A stretch of 64,000 bases of DNA. Source: a virus. Of this stretch, positions 1 through 12,100 are shown piece by piece. The position numbers and the translations under genes were made by a program. The DNA is taken from IMG/VR virus record IMGVR_UViG_3300028025_002046, positions 1 to 64,000 of that record; one strand, 5' to 3'. Numbering within the stretch: position 1 is the first letter of the stretch; each line of letters starts with the position of its first letter. The notes beneath the pieces were generated by a model. It saw nothing but the letters and a program-made list of their open reading frames with translations. It did no database searches and was not told the DNA's origin.

Positions 1-203
1 CAGCAAAGCCTTCCTCTTTCAACCATATCTTTTCCAGGTGGTCTTTTAGATCTTTCAAACCTGTCTTGAGTTATTGGTGGCTTGTAGTTATCGTAAGCGA
101 TTTTTCTTTTTTTCCAAGCTTCCCATTCTGAACTTGTTCCCATGTATGCCATACCCATGTTATACTGCATAGGCTCTGGTCCTGGTGGTGGCGGCTTTGG
201 CAT
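1..203 (-). CDS. hypothetical protein, 5' part only (runs off window)
   Basis: ATG at 203-201 just after the stop of the tail protein; open to base 1 (MPKPPPPGPEPMQYNMG...). Confidence 0.6.
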   Translation of the reverse strand, partial: MPKPPPPGPEPMQYNMGMAYMGTSSEWEAWKKRKIAYDNYKPPITQDRFERSKRPPGKDMVERGRLC

Positions 204-204
204 A

Positions 205-3200
205 TTAGATTACCTCACTTACATAGATTGTCATGTCTGGTCCATTAGATGACTTTGAATATTCTACGTGATAAACAACGTAAGAACTAGCTGTGTCAGA
301 TATGACGTTTTGACTATTAGCATCGTTTGGATCTGACTTTTCCTTATAGTCTATCTTAATCATATCACCAACTTGAATAAGAGAGTTGGCAAAGATTTTT
401 ATACCCATCATTTTCCTAGGTTTCATAATCTTTGAGATGATCCATTCCATCATATTGTTTGCAGAGTCCTGGCTTTGAATATATGGTGCTGCTAACGTAA
501 AGTCTTTCTTTCCGTAAGTAATTCTACTATCTTTAATTTGAGAGAGGGTATTCCCTGCCTCAGTAGCTGCGGACAGCCCATTGGATCCAAATGAAATACT
601 ATTAAAATCACTCTTCTTTTTCATATACTCATCTACCGTTAGGTCGTGGTCGGACTGCTGAGTAAATGTAACGCCCTGAATTCTTAAGTAATTTCCACTA
701 GTGCTATCTAGCACAATTGTCGAATCGCTAGTATTGAATATCATAAACTCTGCACCATAGGCATTAGCAGTAAAACCAGACACAGAGTATCCCTGGAAAG
801 CATTAAAGGTTGGTGATAGTTTTGCGTAAAGTGCAGGATACGCCTTATCATACTTAATGTTAAACATTGCACACTCACGCATGATTGAGCCAAACTCTTC
901 AAAGTATATATCATAGTTTGGAACTCCAGAAAAGCTTATTCCAGACAATGCTGTATCTTTAATCAAACCGCTCATAGAATATTTTCTAAGGCTTCCATTT
1001 AAAGACTCTCTGCTGTTTACACCAAATACCTCGCTAATTGCTGGTGGCGTATCGAATCCTCTTTGCTCTCCCTTATCGTCAAATCTACTCTTAATAGCAT
1101 ATACGTTTTCAAACATGCACTTTGAAGATCCTCTAACAAATAGTGCTATGTTTTGAGTTACTGGCAAAGCCTCTGTGTCTGTTACCTTGGCTACAAACTT
1201 ATCGTTAATATATAGGTAGAACTCTATCTGATTCTTCTTATCCTTTACTTCTCTATACTCTACCGCAATATCGTTAACAGCAGCATTAGGTTCACCTGTC
1301 ATCTTGTATTGACCAGTAAAGCCTCCGTCGTCAACGGTTATTTGGGTTTTTCCTTTCCAAAGAACAATTGGGATTGCATCGGCGGTGCGAGTTTTCCCCT
1401 TTTCTCTTTGAATCTTGTAAAAGAAAACATTGTAGATTTCTGTATCCTTATTATCGCTTGTGTATAAGCTGTCATAGGCGAGTAGGCTGTTGTCTGTTAG
1501 TGCCACTACCTCCATGTAGTATCCCCTGTTTGTCGCTGGATCAACCATAATTCCAAGACCGCCAGAAGATCCAGCCACAGATGTAACATTCTTTAATCCA
1601 GTATCCGCTTTAACGTCTAAGAAATTCATGGCACCTGTAGGATTTTGAGTTCCATCACTACTTCCAAGCTCTCCCACAACTCTCATTCTAGTTCCAAAGT
1701 GTCGGTAAGAGCTTTCTGTTCCCATATTCTTGTGAACATAAGAAACATATTTAAGTGGTTTTTCTGATGTTCCAAATACTGGTCCACTCATTACCAAGGC
1801 AGATGCCTGAACTGTTCCAGTAATAGATATGTCATTCTTATTTAGAACATCTTCTGAAATATTTCTTGAAGACCCGATTGATCTAATTATTCCTGTCACA
1901 TATGGCTTTTTGTCTAGAACTTGTCCAACTGGAACCAGGTCATCAACCACTGTGTCTGGAACTGTTCCGCCAGCAAACAGAAGTTTTGTGTTCATCTGGA
2001 AAGCTTTCTTTGCGGCATCAGTAGTCCATTCTTCTTTAAGACCTGCTGAATGATAGGCGATTGGTGTGGAGAACTGCATACGACCATGCCTAGCAACAGC
2101 AGCCATATTGACATAAGGATTAACCTGATTCATGCTGGCTCTTCTAACAATGGGAACATCTGTATTTGGATAATATGGCTTTGACGTATCTATAGAACCA
2201 TCTTTATTATAATATGGCTCTACAAATATTCGGACCTCTCCTGTTGGATACATTTTTCCACCAAACGGCATTTTGCTAAAATAGTTAGAGTATTCTTCGG
2301 CATCACGAATCCAGAATAGGTTGGATCTTTCTTTTGCGTTAAAGTTTATTTCGCCTGAGATTAGATGTGGCGAGCTTACGGCAAATGTGGTTGAGTTGTA
2401 TATTTCAGTAACTACAGCGTCTGAGACAAAGCATCCAAGACCAGCATCTCCATCGTCTTTAGTAAGCACTTGACCAATGGACATTTTTGATGTTGTTCCA
2501 TAACTAAGAGTTACTGTACTTTGTCCAGCAACAATGGTAGCCTCAAGATTAGTCACTGGCATTGTTGGAATGTTATATCTAACAGCATCATACTTAATAA
2601 CCTCTCCAGCAGAATAGAAATATCCATTGTATCTTGGAAGCCAATATACAGCCTCTCCAAGATCAATGGTGTTATTCTCTATTTCTCCAGTTGTTTTATT
2701 TACTCCTGGTACAGCATTTGTCAAATCTGTCTTTAGTGGGATAGCGGCTAGTGAGTATTTAGACTGAACTCCACCATTATCGTTGAGTGGTCTAACCTGT
2801 TCTTGTGGTGCTACCTCCCAAAGAAGAACAGGCTGATAGTACCAAATCTTTTCTGAGTTTAGCAAGCTTGCTTCCTGTAAGCTTCCATAGCTTCTCTGAA
2901 TATACTTTGTCGAATACTGAATCTTTCCATCGTTAAACGATTCGGAGTTTTCTGAAGATATGTCAACAATATTGGCAGGAAGAACAGGATTCTCACCATT
3001 CAAAATTCTGCTGTTCTTAATGATTCCAGACTGCTCTGAGTCAGCAGATCCTCTGATTGTGATTGTTCCTGCCTGAGATGCTCTTCTTGAGGATAGCATG
3101 TATTCTCTACTCATAACAACGAAGTTATTGTATTCGTCAAAGAACATTGCTGACTGTGTTGATATTGCAAGTGCCTCTAATACCTGGACGATATTCTGAT

Positions 3201-5511
3201 CTGGACCTACAAAGAAGTATGGAATTACTGCCTCTACCTCATCTGGCTCTCTGTAGAATATGTAGTTTGAGAATCCAATTGAGTCTAGCAATGATGCAAC
3301 AGCAAAACTTACGGATGCGTTTGGCACTAAGACTTGAGGAGAGTTTGAAGACTCAAACAAGAAGAATAAATCTCTTAGACTTAGGCTAACAGATCTTTCT
3401 GTATGGTTGGTCTGAGGAAGTCCGTCAATATACATTGTCTTAAGTGGAACGTGATAGCTAATTCCATTATCGTCGTAGATAACGTCGTATATCTTAATCT
3501 GTAGGTTGTTTGATGGTATAGAGTAATTTCTGGTATCTCCAGAATATGTGTTTAGGATGCTGTTCTTGTTGTGAATATTAAAAGCCATGTCGTAGTCAAA
3601 TAGTGATAATGACCCTGTGGATGCCAGCAGTCTTCCAATAGGAAGTCCATCTGTTCCCAGGTCTGCAGAACTCTTATTAATAGAAAAATCTTTTGTCTTA
3701 TCTGACAGGTCAACAACTAGTCTTGGTGACATTTCGATTAGGTCGAATGGTGTGTCGGATGTATTCATTGTGTCAACCACTAAGCGAATTCCGTGAATAT
3801 ACTGAAACTCTCTGTAGATGATGTTGTCGTTTTGGTCGGTATATGATGGGGCAGAGGTTAGGTCCTTTACGTATGCCGTCTTGCTTGATGGTGTTTCTGA
3901 GCCAACATACCAGCCATATTCTGGAATAAAAGAGTAGTAGCCAGCAATTGGGTGATGACCATCTGAATTTTCATTGTCTACGCCATCCCATACATAATAC
4001 TTTCCTACAGAGTTTCCTTCTTTAACTAAATAAGTATACCCAGGAATTGACTCTACAGGCAAGGAGTTAACTGAGGAATACTCTTCTGCAAAGACAATGT
4101 TCATTGCTGATATGTCGTAGTTGCTAGTAGTGTATAGAAGACCATACGAAAACTCTATGTATCCATCGTCACCGATAAGTGCTGGGTTTGTTAAGGATAC
4201 TGCCGTATTCCAGTTATTTTGCTTGTCTAAATACTGAACCCTCCAGACTTTAGGAACTGTTTTATTCTCTAGACCTACAAACGGATCTTTAATATTGCCA
4301 AAAGTTTTATACTCGTCTGTTTCTTTAGCTACGTTTGTCTGCATTTTAACCACAATTCTATTAGCTGGAACATGGTTGTTGTAAACTACGAATGGGGCAG
4401 CATCGTCGATATATTTATTTGTAGCATCAATCTTTGAGATTCCTCGCTCTGCGGTGAAGTCATACAGAGCAACTACTCTACCTATTTTTGAAGCGTAGCT
4501 AGAATCTATCTTTATATTTCTCCACATCTTATCTGCGTATAGTTTATTACTAATCTTAAAATATGTGCTTGTAGAATCTGTAACAATGATTCTGTCAGAG
4601 ATAGACTCTACTGGAATGTTGGTTTCTGTTACAGTTCCGTCTTTGATTGATATTACCTGACCAACACTAAATACGTTTGAGTATCCTGTTAGATATGTAT
4701 ATTTGATGGTTCCAGTTACGCCAGTAATCTTTCCGCCAGATGTGTAGGTTGCGGTGAATGTTGTTGGTGCTTTTACAACAACTGTGGTCTTTGTTGCAGA
4801 TACTACATCTACGTTAGTGAGGTTAAATGCTGATGGGGTAACATTTGTAATTGATACCTGCTGTCCTTCGGTAAAAGTATTGTTTACGGTATAGGTAACT
4901 GTGGTTACCCCAGATGCCGTTACTGCTACTGCACCAGTGATAGTTTCTTCTTTTAGCTCTACGTCAATGCTTGCTACTTCTGCCAGAACATCTGCACCAG
5001 CATTATTGCTTTCTTTTCTAAATGAAGTCCAATACTTAAACTTGTCATCCTTGTCTGCAATATAGTATCTTGGTCTAATGAAAGTATTCTTGTCGTTTTC
5101 TATTCCAGAAATATATCTACCCTGGAACATTGTGAGCTTGTTGATACCTGAGCGTGGTCTAAACTTTTGAAAGCAGTCTTCTAGAGAATAAAGAATGTTT
5201 GTCTTTTGATTCTTAGACAGGAAGGTAATAGGGATACCTGTTTCATTATATCCTCCGTCTGTGATTACGTCAGACTCTGTGAAACCCAAATACTGCTTGT
5301 CTGCTGTAGATATAGTTTCTTCTACAAACTTGTTAGCAATAGTAAAGCCACCCTGTGACGGTCTATTCTTGTAGTTTCCAACAAGTTTGATATTGTCAAA
5401 CATGTTAAGATTCCACTCAGCAATTATTTGAGATTGTGTGTGAATAGTATTTGCAGAGTCTACGTATTCTAATAGTGTCGTTTCACTGCCAACAATGTTG
5501 GTATTAAACAT
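205..5511 (-). CDS. large minor tail / tail-tip protein
   Basis: 1768 aa, second gene after TMP, beta-rich, hub-like C-terminal motifs (IQVGDMIKI, YVVYHVEYS). Confidence 0.7.
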   Translation of the reverse strand: MFNTNIVGSETTLLEYVDSANTIHTQSQIIAEWNLNMFDNIKLVGNYKNRPSQGGFTIANKFVEETISTADKQYLGFTESDVITDGGYNETGIPITFLSKNQKTNILYSLEDCFQKFRPRSGINKLTMFQGRYISGIENDKNTFIRPRYYIADKDDKFKYWTSFRKESNNAGADVLAEVASIDVELKEETITGAVAVTASGVTTVTYTVNNTFTEGQQVSITNVTPSAFNLTNVDVVSATKTTVVVKAPTTFTATYTSGGKITGVTGTIKYTYLTGYSNVFSVGQVISIKDGTVTETNIPVESISDRIIVTDSTSTYFKISNKLYADKMWRNIKIDSSYASKIGRVVALYDFTAERGISKIDATNKYIDDAAPFVVYNNHVPANRIVVKMQTNVAKETDEYKTFGNIKDPFVGLENKTVPKVWRVQYLDKQNNWNTAVSLTNPALIGDDGYIEFSYGLLYTTSNYDISAMNIVFAEEYSSVNSLPVESIPGYTYLVKEGNSVGKYYVWDGVDNENSDGHHPIAGYYSFIPEYGWYVGSETPSSKTAYVKDLTSAPSYTDQNDNIIYREFQYIHGIRLVVDTMNTSDTPFDLIEMSPRLVVDLSDKTKDFSINKSSADLGTDGLPIGRLLASTGSLSLFDYDMAFNIHNKNSILNTYSGDTRNYSIPSNNLQIKIYDVIYDDNGISYHVPLKTMYIDGLPQTNHTERSVSLSLRDLFFLFESSNSPQVLVPNASVSFAVASLLDSIGFSNYIFYREPDEVEAVIPYFFVGPDQNIVQVLEALAISTQSAMFFDEYNNFVVMSREYMLSSRRASQAGTITIRGSADSEQSGIIKNSRILNGENPVLPANIVDISSENSESFNDGKIQYSTKYIQRSYGSLQEASLLNSEKIWYYQPVLLWEVAPQEQVRPLNDNGGVQSKYSLAAIPLKTDLTNAVPGVNKTTGEIENNTIDLGEAVYWLPRYNGYFYSAGEVIKYDAVRYNIPTMPVTNLEATIVAGQSTVTLSYGTTSKMSIGQVLTKDDGDAGLGCFVSDAVVTEIYNSTTFAVSSPHLISGEINFNAKERSNLFWIRDAEEYSNYFSKMPFGGKMYPTGEVRIFVEPYYNKDGSIDTSKPYYPNTDVPIVRRASMNQVNPYVNMAAVARHGRMQFSTPIAYHSAGLKEEWTTDAAKKAFQMNTKLLFAGGTVPDTVVDDLVPVGQVLDKKPYVTGIIRSIGSSRNISEDVLNKNDISITGTVQASALVMSGPVFGTSEKPLKYVSYVHKNMGTESSYRHFGTRMRVVGELGSSDGTQNPTGAMNFLDVKADTGLKNVTSVAGSSGGLGIMVDPATNRGYYMEVVALTDNSLLAYDSLYTSDNKDTEIYNVFFYKIQREKGKTRTADAIPIVLWKGKTQITVDDGGFTGQYKMTGEPNAAVNDIAVEYREVKDKKNQIEFYLYINDKFVAKVTDTEALPVTQNIALFVRGSSKCMFENVYAIKSRFDDKGEQRGFDTPPAISEVFGVNSRESLNGSLRKYSMSGLIKDTALSGISFSGVPNYDIYFEEFGSIMRECAMFNIKYDKAYPALYAKLSPTFNAFQGYSVSGFTANAYGAEFMIFNTSDSTIVLDSTSGNYLRIQGVTFTQQSDHDLTVDEYMKKKSDFNSISFGSNGLSAATEAGNTLSQIKDSRITYGKKDFTLAAPYIQSQDSANNMMEWIISKIMKPRKMMGIKIFANSLIQVGDMIKIDYKEKSDPNDANSQNVISDTASSYVVYHVEYSKSSNGPDMTIYVSEVI

Positions 5512-6140
5512 TATGCCTCTTCCAGCGTAAGGCTAATGTTCCAGAAGTCATAGCTGTTCTGAGTAGTTCCTCCACGCTTTTCAATAGAGTAGTTGAAGTC
5601 AGATATATACATTTCGATTACCTGACTGTATTGCTTCATGTGGGCATAGGATGTAACGTCATCTCCGAATGCTGGATGGTTATCGTATGCCAAGTAAACC
5701 CAGAATGGTCCAATGTGATTATTATACCAATCTAAGATTTCTGCACCTGCAGCACCATTATCTGTTGTGTGTGATAGATATGGAAGCTCTTCTGTTCCTG
5801 CCCCTGGTTTTCCAGTAGAAGAATTGAACGCTGTAGGTCTATTAGATGCCCTTGATGGCAACATGTCCCAAGATACGCTGATGTTTAACTTGTCTGCAAC
5901 ATGGTATGAACGCATACGACCATTAATCATACGCTCACGCTTTTCAATACGGTTGACTTGAAATGCCATTGGAGATCTATTGTCATCTGTCAGAATAATG
6001 AAGTCTTGGTATTCTGTGCCATCTGGAACATATACCTGGGTCTCTCCAAGGGTCTGAAGAGTTCCAGAATTGTCTGCCCAGAGCATTCCTTGCGGACGCT
6101 GGTATTTAATTCTACCATTCATGTAAGCTGCTGAAGCCAT
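5511..6140 (-). CDS. minor tail protein (distal-tail-like)
   Basis: 209 aa directly after TMP, translationally coupled, ends WNISLTLEEA. Confidence 0.6.
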   Translation of the reverse strand: MASAAYMNGRIKYQRPQGMLWADNSGTLQTLGETQVYVPDGTEYQDFIILTDDNRSPMAFQVNRIEKRERMINGRMRSYHVADKLNISVSWDMLPSRASNRPTAFNSSTGKPGAGTEELPYLSHTTDNGAAGAEILDWYNNHIGPFWVYLAYDNHPAFGDDVTSYAHMKQYSQVIEMYISDFNYSIEKRGGTTQNSYDFWNISLTLEEA

Positions 6141-9100
6141 TAGTATCTATTACTCCTTGTTGTCTGGGCATCAATTCTCTGAATTTGAGCCATAACAGTT
6201 CTAGCAATATCATTAGGGTCTGATGCAGAGCTAACGTTTACGCTGATACTGTAACTATTACTATTATACACGGAATCGCCTACGGATGTTTGGCTGTTAG
6301 CTGAAGCACTCTGTAGTGCCTGACCACTGTTAATTGCCTTTAGATTATCTACCCCAAAGTTTTGAACAGCAGAGCGACTCATAACAAATTCACCAGGGGT
6401 AAGCATAGCAGGAATAGTGTCTGTTCCACTAGCATATCCACCAGCATTAAAATAGGAAGGCTTAATCTTAGAAACCATTCCACCATTAGCAAGGGTAGGT
6501 CTTCCTTCGGAATCGAATGTTTGAAATCCCTTAGATCCTAATGGGTTTCTGAAGTCCATTCCTGTCATCTCTTGCAGATAACTTGTTCCAAATAGATAAT
6601 CTGAAATTGCAGCAAACTCTGGACCACCCAATACGCTAAAAGCTCTTCCAAATCTTGAAAATAACTTTGATACTGATTTCCACATATTTGGTGATGTTGG
6701 ATCTATTCCAGGAGCGGCTTCATAGGTTCTTCTTCTTTGAATGTCTTCTAAGAATGATTGTGGAGATGATGACTTTGAGTAACCCCTAGCCTTATCTATT
6801 TCTCCATTTTTTTCTTCATTTCTAATTTTTCTATAGGTTTCAGCCCTCTCCGATCCCCAAAGAATTTCATTCAAGCCTAGGCTTGCCTTGTTCTTACTGT
6901 CAAGGTCTATGTGGTATGTCTTAGAGCCGTCTTTAGCAGTTGAAACCTTTCTAAGTTTTATGACTTGACCTCTAGCAAGTAAGCCGTCCACTACATTTGA
7001 CTCTGGAGAATCTAGCAGAGGGTTCATGTCTAGAATTCCAGGAACATCACTCTTTACATTAAATTTAATTAATGGAGATTTGTTAGATGGATCATAGTAT
7101 CTTCCACCAGTATTAATTGTTCCATCTCTCATACCCTCTACAAAATCTACAAAAGTTCCATTTCCAATATCCGCCTTTTGGTTTGGTGTGGTAATTGACA
7201 GGAACTGGTCAAGAATCGCACTCTGACCAGGCTTTAGCAATGACAGAGCCTTAGCGTCATGTGTATTTGCTACCCTAAGAATGCTAGACCCAGCAGGAAT
7301 GGATAACTTGTTTCTGGATATAAGGTTATCTATTCTTTTTCGAGCCATATCCTGAGTACTATTGTGAAGGGTAAGTGGTCTCTTGATGTACTCCGCCATA
7401 GTCCATTTTTCATCAGCATCTGCGGAACCAGGTCCAACCCTGCCACCATCTGCATACTTTCCAACCATGCCACCCATGGCATAAGCTCCGCTTGCAAATG
7501 GAGACCTGGATTGTCCAGGAAGGTTAGGCATTCCCATACTGCTTGTTCCAAGTAGAGCGTCAGCAAGGAACATTCCTTCTGGACCGCCAATTCTTCCAAG
7601 GGTTCTTAGTAATCCAGAAAGCATACCTCCACGCACTCTACCACTTGGTCCATAAACCTTTGTCTTTATTCCAGAGTTACGCAATTCATTGAAAACATCT
7701 CGTGCGGCATCGTCTGAACTGTGGACACGAATCTTTGCAATTTCGTCTAGAGTAAATCCACCAGGAGTCTGTGTTTCAAAATATCTTGGCTTGTTGTTAA
7801 TAGAATATGCGTTTTCGCCTATCTTGTTTGTGCCAAATCTCATGTTAAGTCTATCCAGAGCTGCTCTCTTAAGAATGTCTGATTTCTTTCCAGATATTGG
7901 CACTGGACCAAAGTTATCTCTTCCAAACAATCCATTTCTAGCATATGTCTCTAGGGTATCGCCAGTATAGAATGTTGATCTATTTTTTACTCTGTTTTTA
8001 GTGATAAGAGATATGTCACCATATCTGTCTAGCTGATCTGAGTTAATATCTGATACTAGGTTAAATCTCTTTCCAGTTTTTCCTCCTAGTGTTCTGTTAA
8101 GGCTTTCCAAAATCTTTGAGTCTGTAACCAATGACCCATACGTTGGTCTTGCTTGTGGTTTAGCTGATTTAGGTATTCCAAGAGCATCTGCCTCCATATT
8201 AAGTCTGGTCCACTTAGCTCTTGAGTTTTCGTTTACATCTTTAAAGTCTTCTCCAGAACCAGTTTCAAATGCGTTCTTGTATCTTCCATCTCCAGCAATC
8301 ATAGACATAAGAGCATCTTGGGTTGTTCTTGCTGCAAGCTTTGTTCTCTTTAGCATTTGTGGTAGAAGTAGGGATGCAGACTTAGATGGCTGTATGAATT
8401 TTTTACGTTCATTATTTCTGAAAGCACGTAGACGTTCTACTATACCACCATCTGCAAAGTGAAGTCTAGTAGAGGTGTTGTTAGAAAGCGTTGGATAGAT
8501 ATGACCATCCATTATTATCTTTTCAATTCTCTTCTGTTCTTTATCTAACTTAATTGGCTTATCAGATAGCAAGCTATCATCTAGTCCAAATGACTTCCAA
8601 ATACTGTCAAAAGCTGCTGGTCCGTATAGAGACTTAATTGATTTTGCAAATGTTTTAGCTTCTTTTTGATCAAGACCATTCCATGGTCCGTATGTTCTAT
8701 TTTGAATAAGTTCTTGCTGTGTAAAGTTGTGTGCTCCTTCGATAGATATAAAGTCTTTTTCTCTATAGTCATTCGCTGGACCCTTGATGAAACTTTCTAA
8801 CTTTCTTCTATTTTGCATAAGAACCTTGTAGTAGACAAAAGCATCTTGTGCCGAGTGGAAGGCATATTTACCTGGACCTATTTCTCTAAATGCATTAGTT
8901 GGCTCATATGAGTCCGTAAAACTATTATAGATAGCACCTGGCAATGCACTTACCTCTTTATAGTTTCCATCATAATTAAAGTAGTCTGGAGTCATGCCCT
9001 CATTGGTTTTAACATTTGGAACATTATAAAATAGTGAAGCTTTATGTTCGCCAAGCCTAAACTTGCTTAGTTTCTTTTTATCGCTTCTATCTACAACAGG

Positions 9101-12100
9101 TCCTGGCAAAAGACCCTGCCTGATTCTATCTGCTCTATCTGCCATCCTAGCATTTCTAGGTACTACCTTGCCACCCTTAGCAAATCTTCTAGCGAATCCA
9201 CCAATACCAAACTTTTCAGCGTGGTTCATTCTGTCAAGGGTATCTACACCAAGAGCCTTTACAGCCTTTGCTCTAATTACATATTCTCCATTAGAAAGCA
9301 TAGCTGGAATATCATCGCTAGTTCCAGTTCCTGGACCCATTACGCTACCGCCTGGACGATAGTGGTTAATCATTCCACCAGTAGCAGCGTTCTTTGGCTT
9401 CTTGTTTACAGCCCAGAAATTAATTTTTGCAATCTGCTCTTCTAGAACTGCAATCTTTCCCTCAAGGTATGAACGTGTTCTTCCTAGTGGGTCGGTAACC
9501 GCATCTAGTTCCATCCGACGTGCTGCATCAAGGTTGTCTCTCTGTCTTTGAATCTGTAAGTTCTGTTCGTTAGCTCTCATTGTTTGTGCTGCACTAGCCG
9601 CTGCACCAATATCACCACGAGATAGAGCATCTGCTAGGTCTAGTTGGTCACGCTGTTGCTGAGAGATCTGATCATTAAGTTCTTGAACTTTATCAAGTGC
9701 TTCAATACGCTTGTCATATTTTTTATTAATTTTTTCTTCTGCAATAGCTATTAGGTCTATTCCTGCCTGATACTTGTCAATCTTTTTATTAGCTGCAGTT
9801 ATTCTTGGATTTTCTCCGTCACCAGGTGGTGGAACTACCTTTTCGGCTGCAGGAATATTTCCTATTAGAGCCTGTAGATCAGCCTCAAGTTTATTTGTTG
9901 GCAAACCAAGAGTTTCTGCTGACTTGATAGCATTTATCAGTGCTAGGACTTTTTCTACGTTTGCTCCGCTTGCAAGTGCCAGAACTCCAGCAAGCTGACC
10001 CCTAACGCTTTTTATTCCAGATATTGTCTTAGCAATTTCTGGGTTAGTTACTGAAAGTTGACGAATTAAAGTTTCAACCAAAAGTGGTCCCTGGTCAGAT
10101 CTACTAACTGTATTAATTAATTCGTTTACTCTATCCTGATATTGAGTCATTGTTATATCTCCACGGTCCAGTGCAGACTCTAGTGCATCAAATGTTGAAG
10201 ATATAGACCCAGACGCAGTGCTTAGGGCATCGGTAAATGCTGGATTATTCTTTAAAAAGTTTTCAATATTGGTGTTTACTTGTTTAAGATATCCTGAATA
10301 CTTGGCAATTGCTGTATCATCTCCAGCAGCCATTGATTCTTCTAGCTTGCCCTGTATGCCGCCCTTGATCTCTAGAAATTGTTTATAGGCATCTTGCATT
10401 CTATATTGTGGCAACATGTCAAGAGCACTTACTGGTGAGATGTTGTCTATTGGTGTAACATTTACTCCAGCAAGCATGGCTTGTTCGTTTGCAACGTATA
10501 GATCTCTAATTATACTGCTTTCAGTATAGGTCTGACTAGAGAATGATTTTAGCATAGCTAGGCTATCCTCAACAGCCTTTTGTGCTGCTTGTCTTCCAAC
10601 ATCTGTAGTTACGTCAACAACGGCAAATTGAAGGTTTATGTCTGTTCTTCCTGCCTCGTCTTGAAGAGCTTTTACAATTACAGAAATCTCATCTTTAGCA
10701 AAATCTTTAGAAAGACCTAATGAAAGATTGCTAATTAGTAGATTTGCATTATCTGTGCTGGCTGTTTTTAGTTCATCAATAATTTCTTTGTAATTCTTTT
10801 TAAAGTCTTCGCTTTTTCTCATCTCTGATGCTGCCATTGACATTGGGTCTGTGATTCCTTGGTCTGCCGTGGCAGTGATAGATGATATATAAGAACTTGT
10901 TGTTGCTTTTCCAAAAAAGTCTCCAAAGAATGATTTATCTTCTTTAGACATATTTGCAGCTTTTGCCTGTGCTTTTATCGACTTGGCTCTTTGTCTTTCA
11001 GCCTCTCCCAGTTTATCAACAACAAAGGCGAGTCCTGTAAGTGCAGTAACAGCAATACCTATACCTGGCAAGAATCTCGCAATCCCCAATGCAAGTTTTG
11101 GAAACATTGAAGCTACTCCAGCAACTTGTGCTCCAATTCCAACCATATTTGCAACATTCTGATCTGGAATAACAGATGCAGCGAGACCACCAGCCATTGC
11201 AATTCCAGTTCCTACTCCAAAACCTCTCATGCCACCGACATACTTGGCAGCTCCTGCGGTACGTCTATTTTGAGAGGCTTTTCCAAATCCAAACAAAGAT
11301 GGCTTCTTGTTCATAGATGCTTTTCTCTCGGCACCCTTAGCCTTTCTAGCCTTTTCATCAATCTTCTTTTGGTCTCTTACTGCCTGAATTTGTTCTTGGG
11401 TAGGGTCAACAGTTCCATAGAGTCTGAGCATGTTGGCTTCTTGTGCCTGGGACTTAGACCTTTTATTTGCAATTGTTGCTCTACGTTTTTCGGCAGCCTG
11501 TGCTTGAATTGCATCATATTCTGCTAGGACACGCTTCTGCTTTACTGTTAGCTTTTTATTAAGCTTTCTTTCTTCTCTTGCTCTAGTTAAATATTCTTTT
11601 GCAGTTTCTTTAGAAGACTTGGCTACTGACTCATCAGCTTGTGCTGTTTCTTTCTTTGCCTTGGTTGAACGCCTTGTTGCTTCTATCTGCTTTTTACCCT
11701 CGGCAACCTCGGTCTGTCTCTGTCCCTGTTTTGATGCTGCAGTCTTTAAGAACTCATCTCGTTCTGACTTCTCAGCATTTGCTAGTTCTCTGGAAACACT
11801 TGAAACTGCCTGATCCTGGTATCTTCTGTTAGATTCTTCTGAGAAAGTATAGCCTCTCTTTGCTATTTCTTCCTGATTATAAAACTTTCCCTTTGCTCTT
11901 CTTTTCAGAATTCTTTGTGCACCAGTGTATTTAAATTTTTCAAGCGGTGTTGTAGCGTTTTCAACAGCAAGCCCCATGATCTTTTCTGCAACTGCTCTTT
12001 GCTTTTGAGTGACAACGTGACCACCCTTAAATATTTTCTTGGCAATGCTGTCAACCTCTTTGGGATCCATGTCCAAAGAGGTTGATATAGTTTGTAGTTT

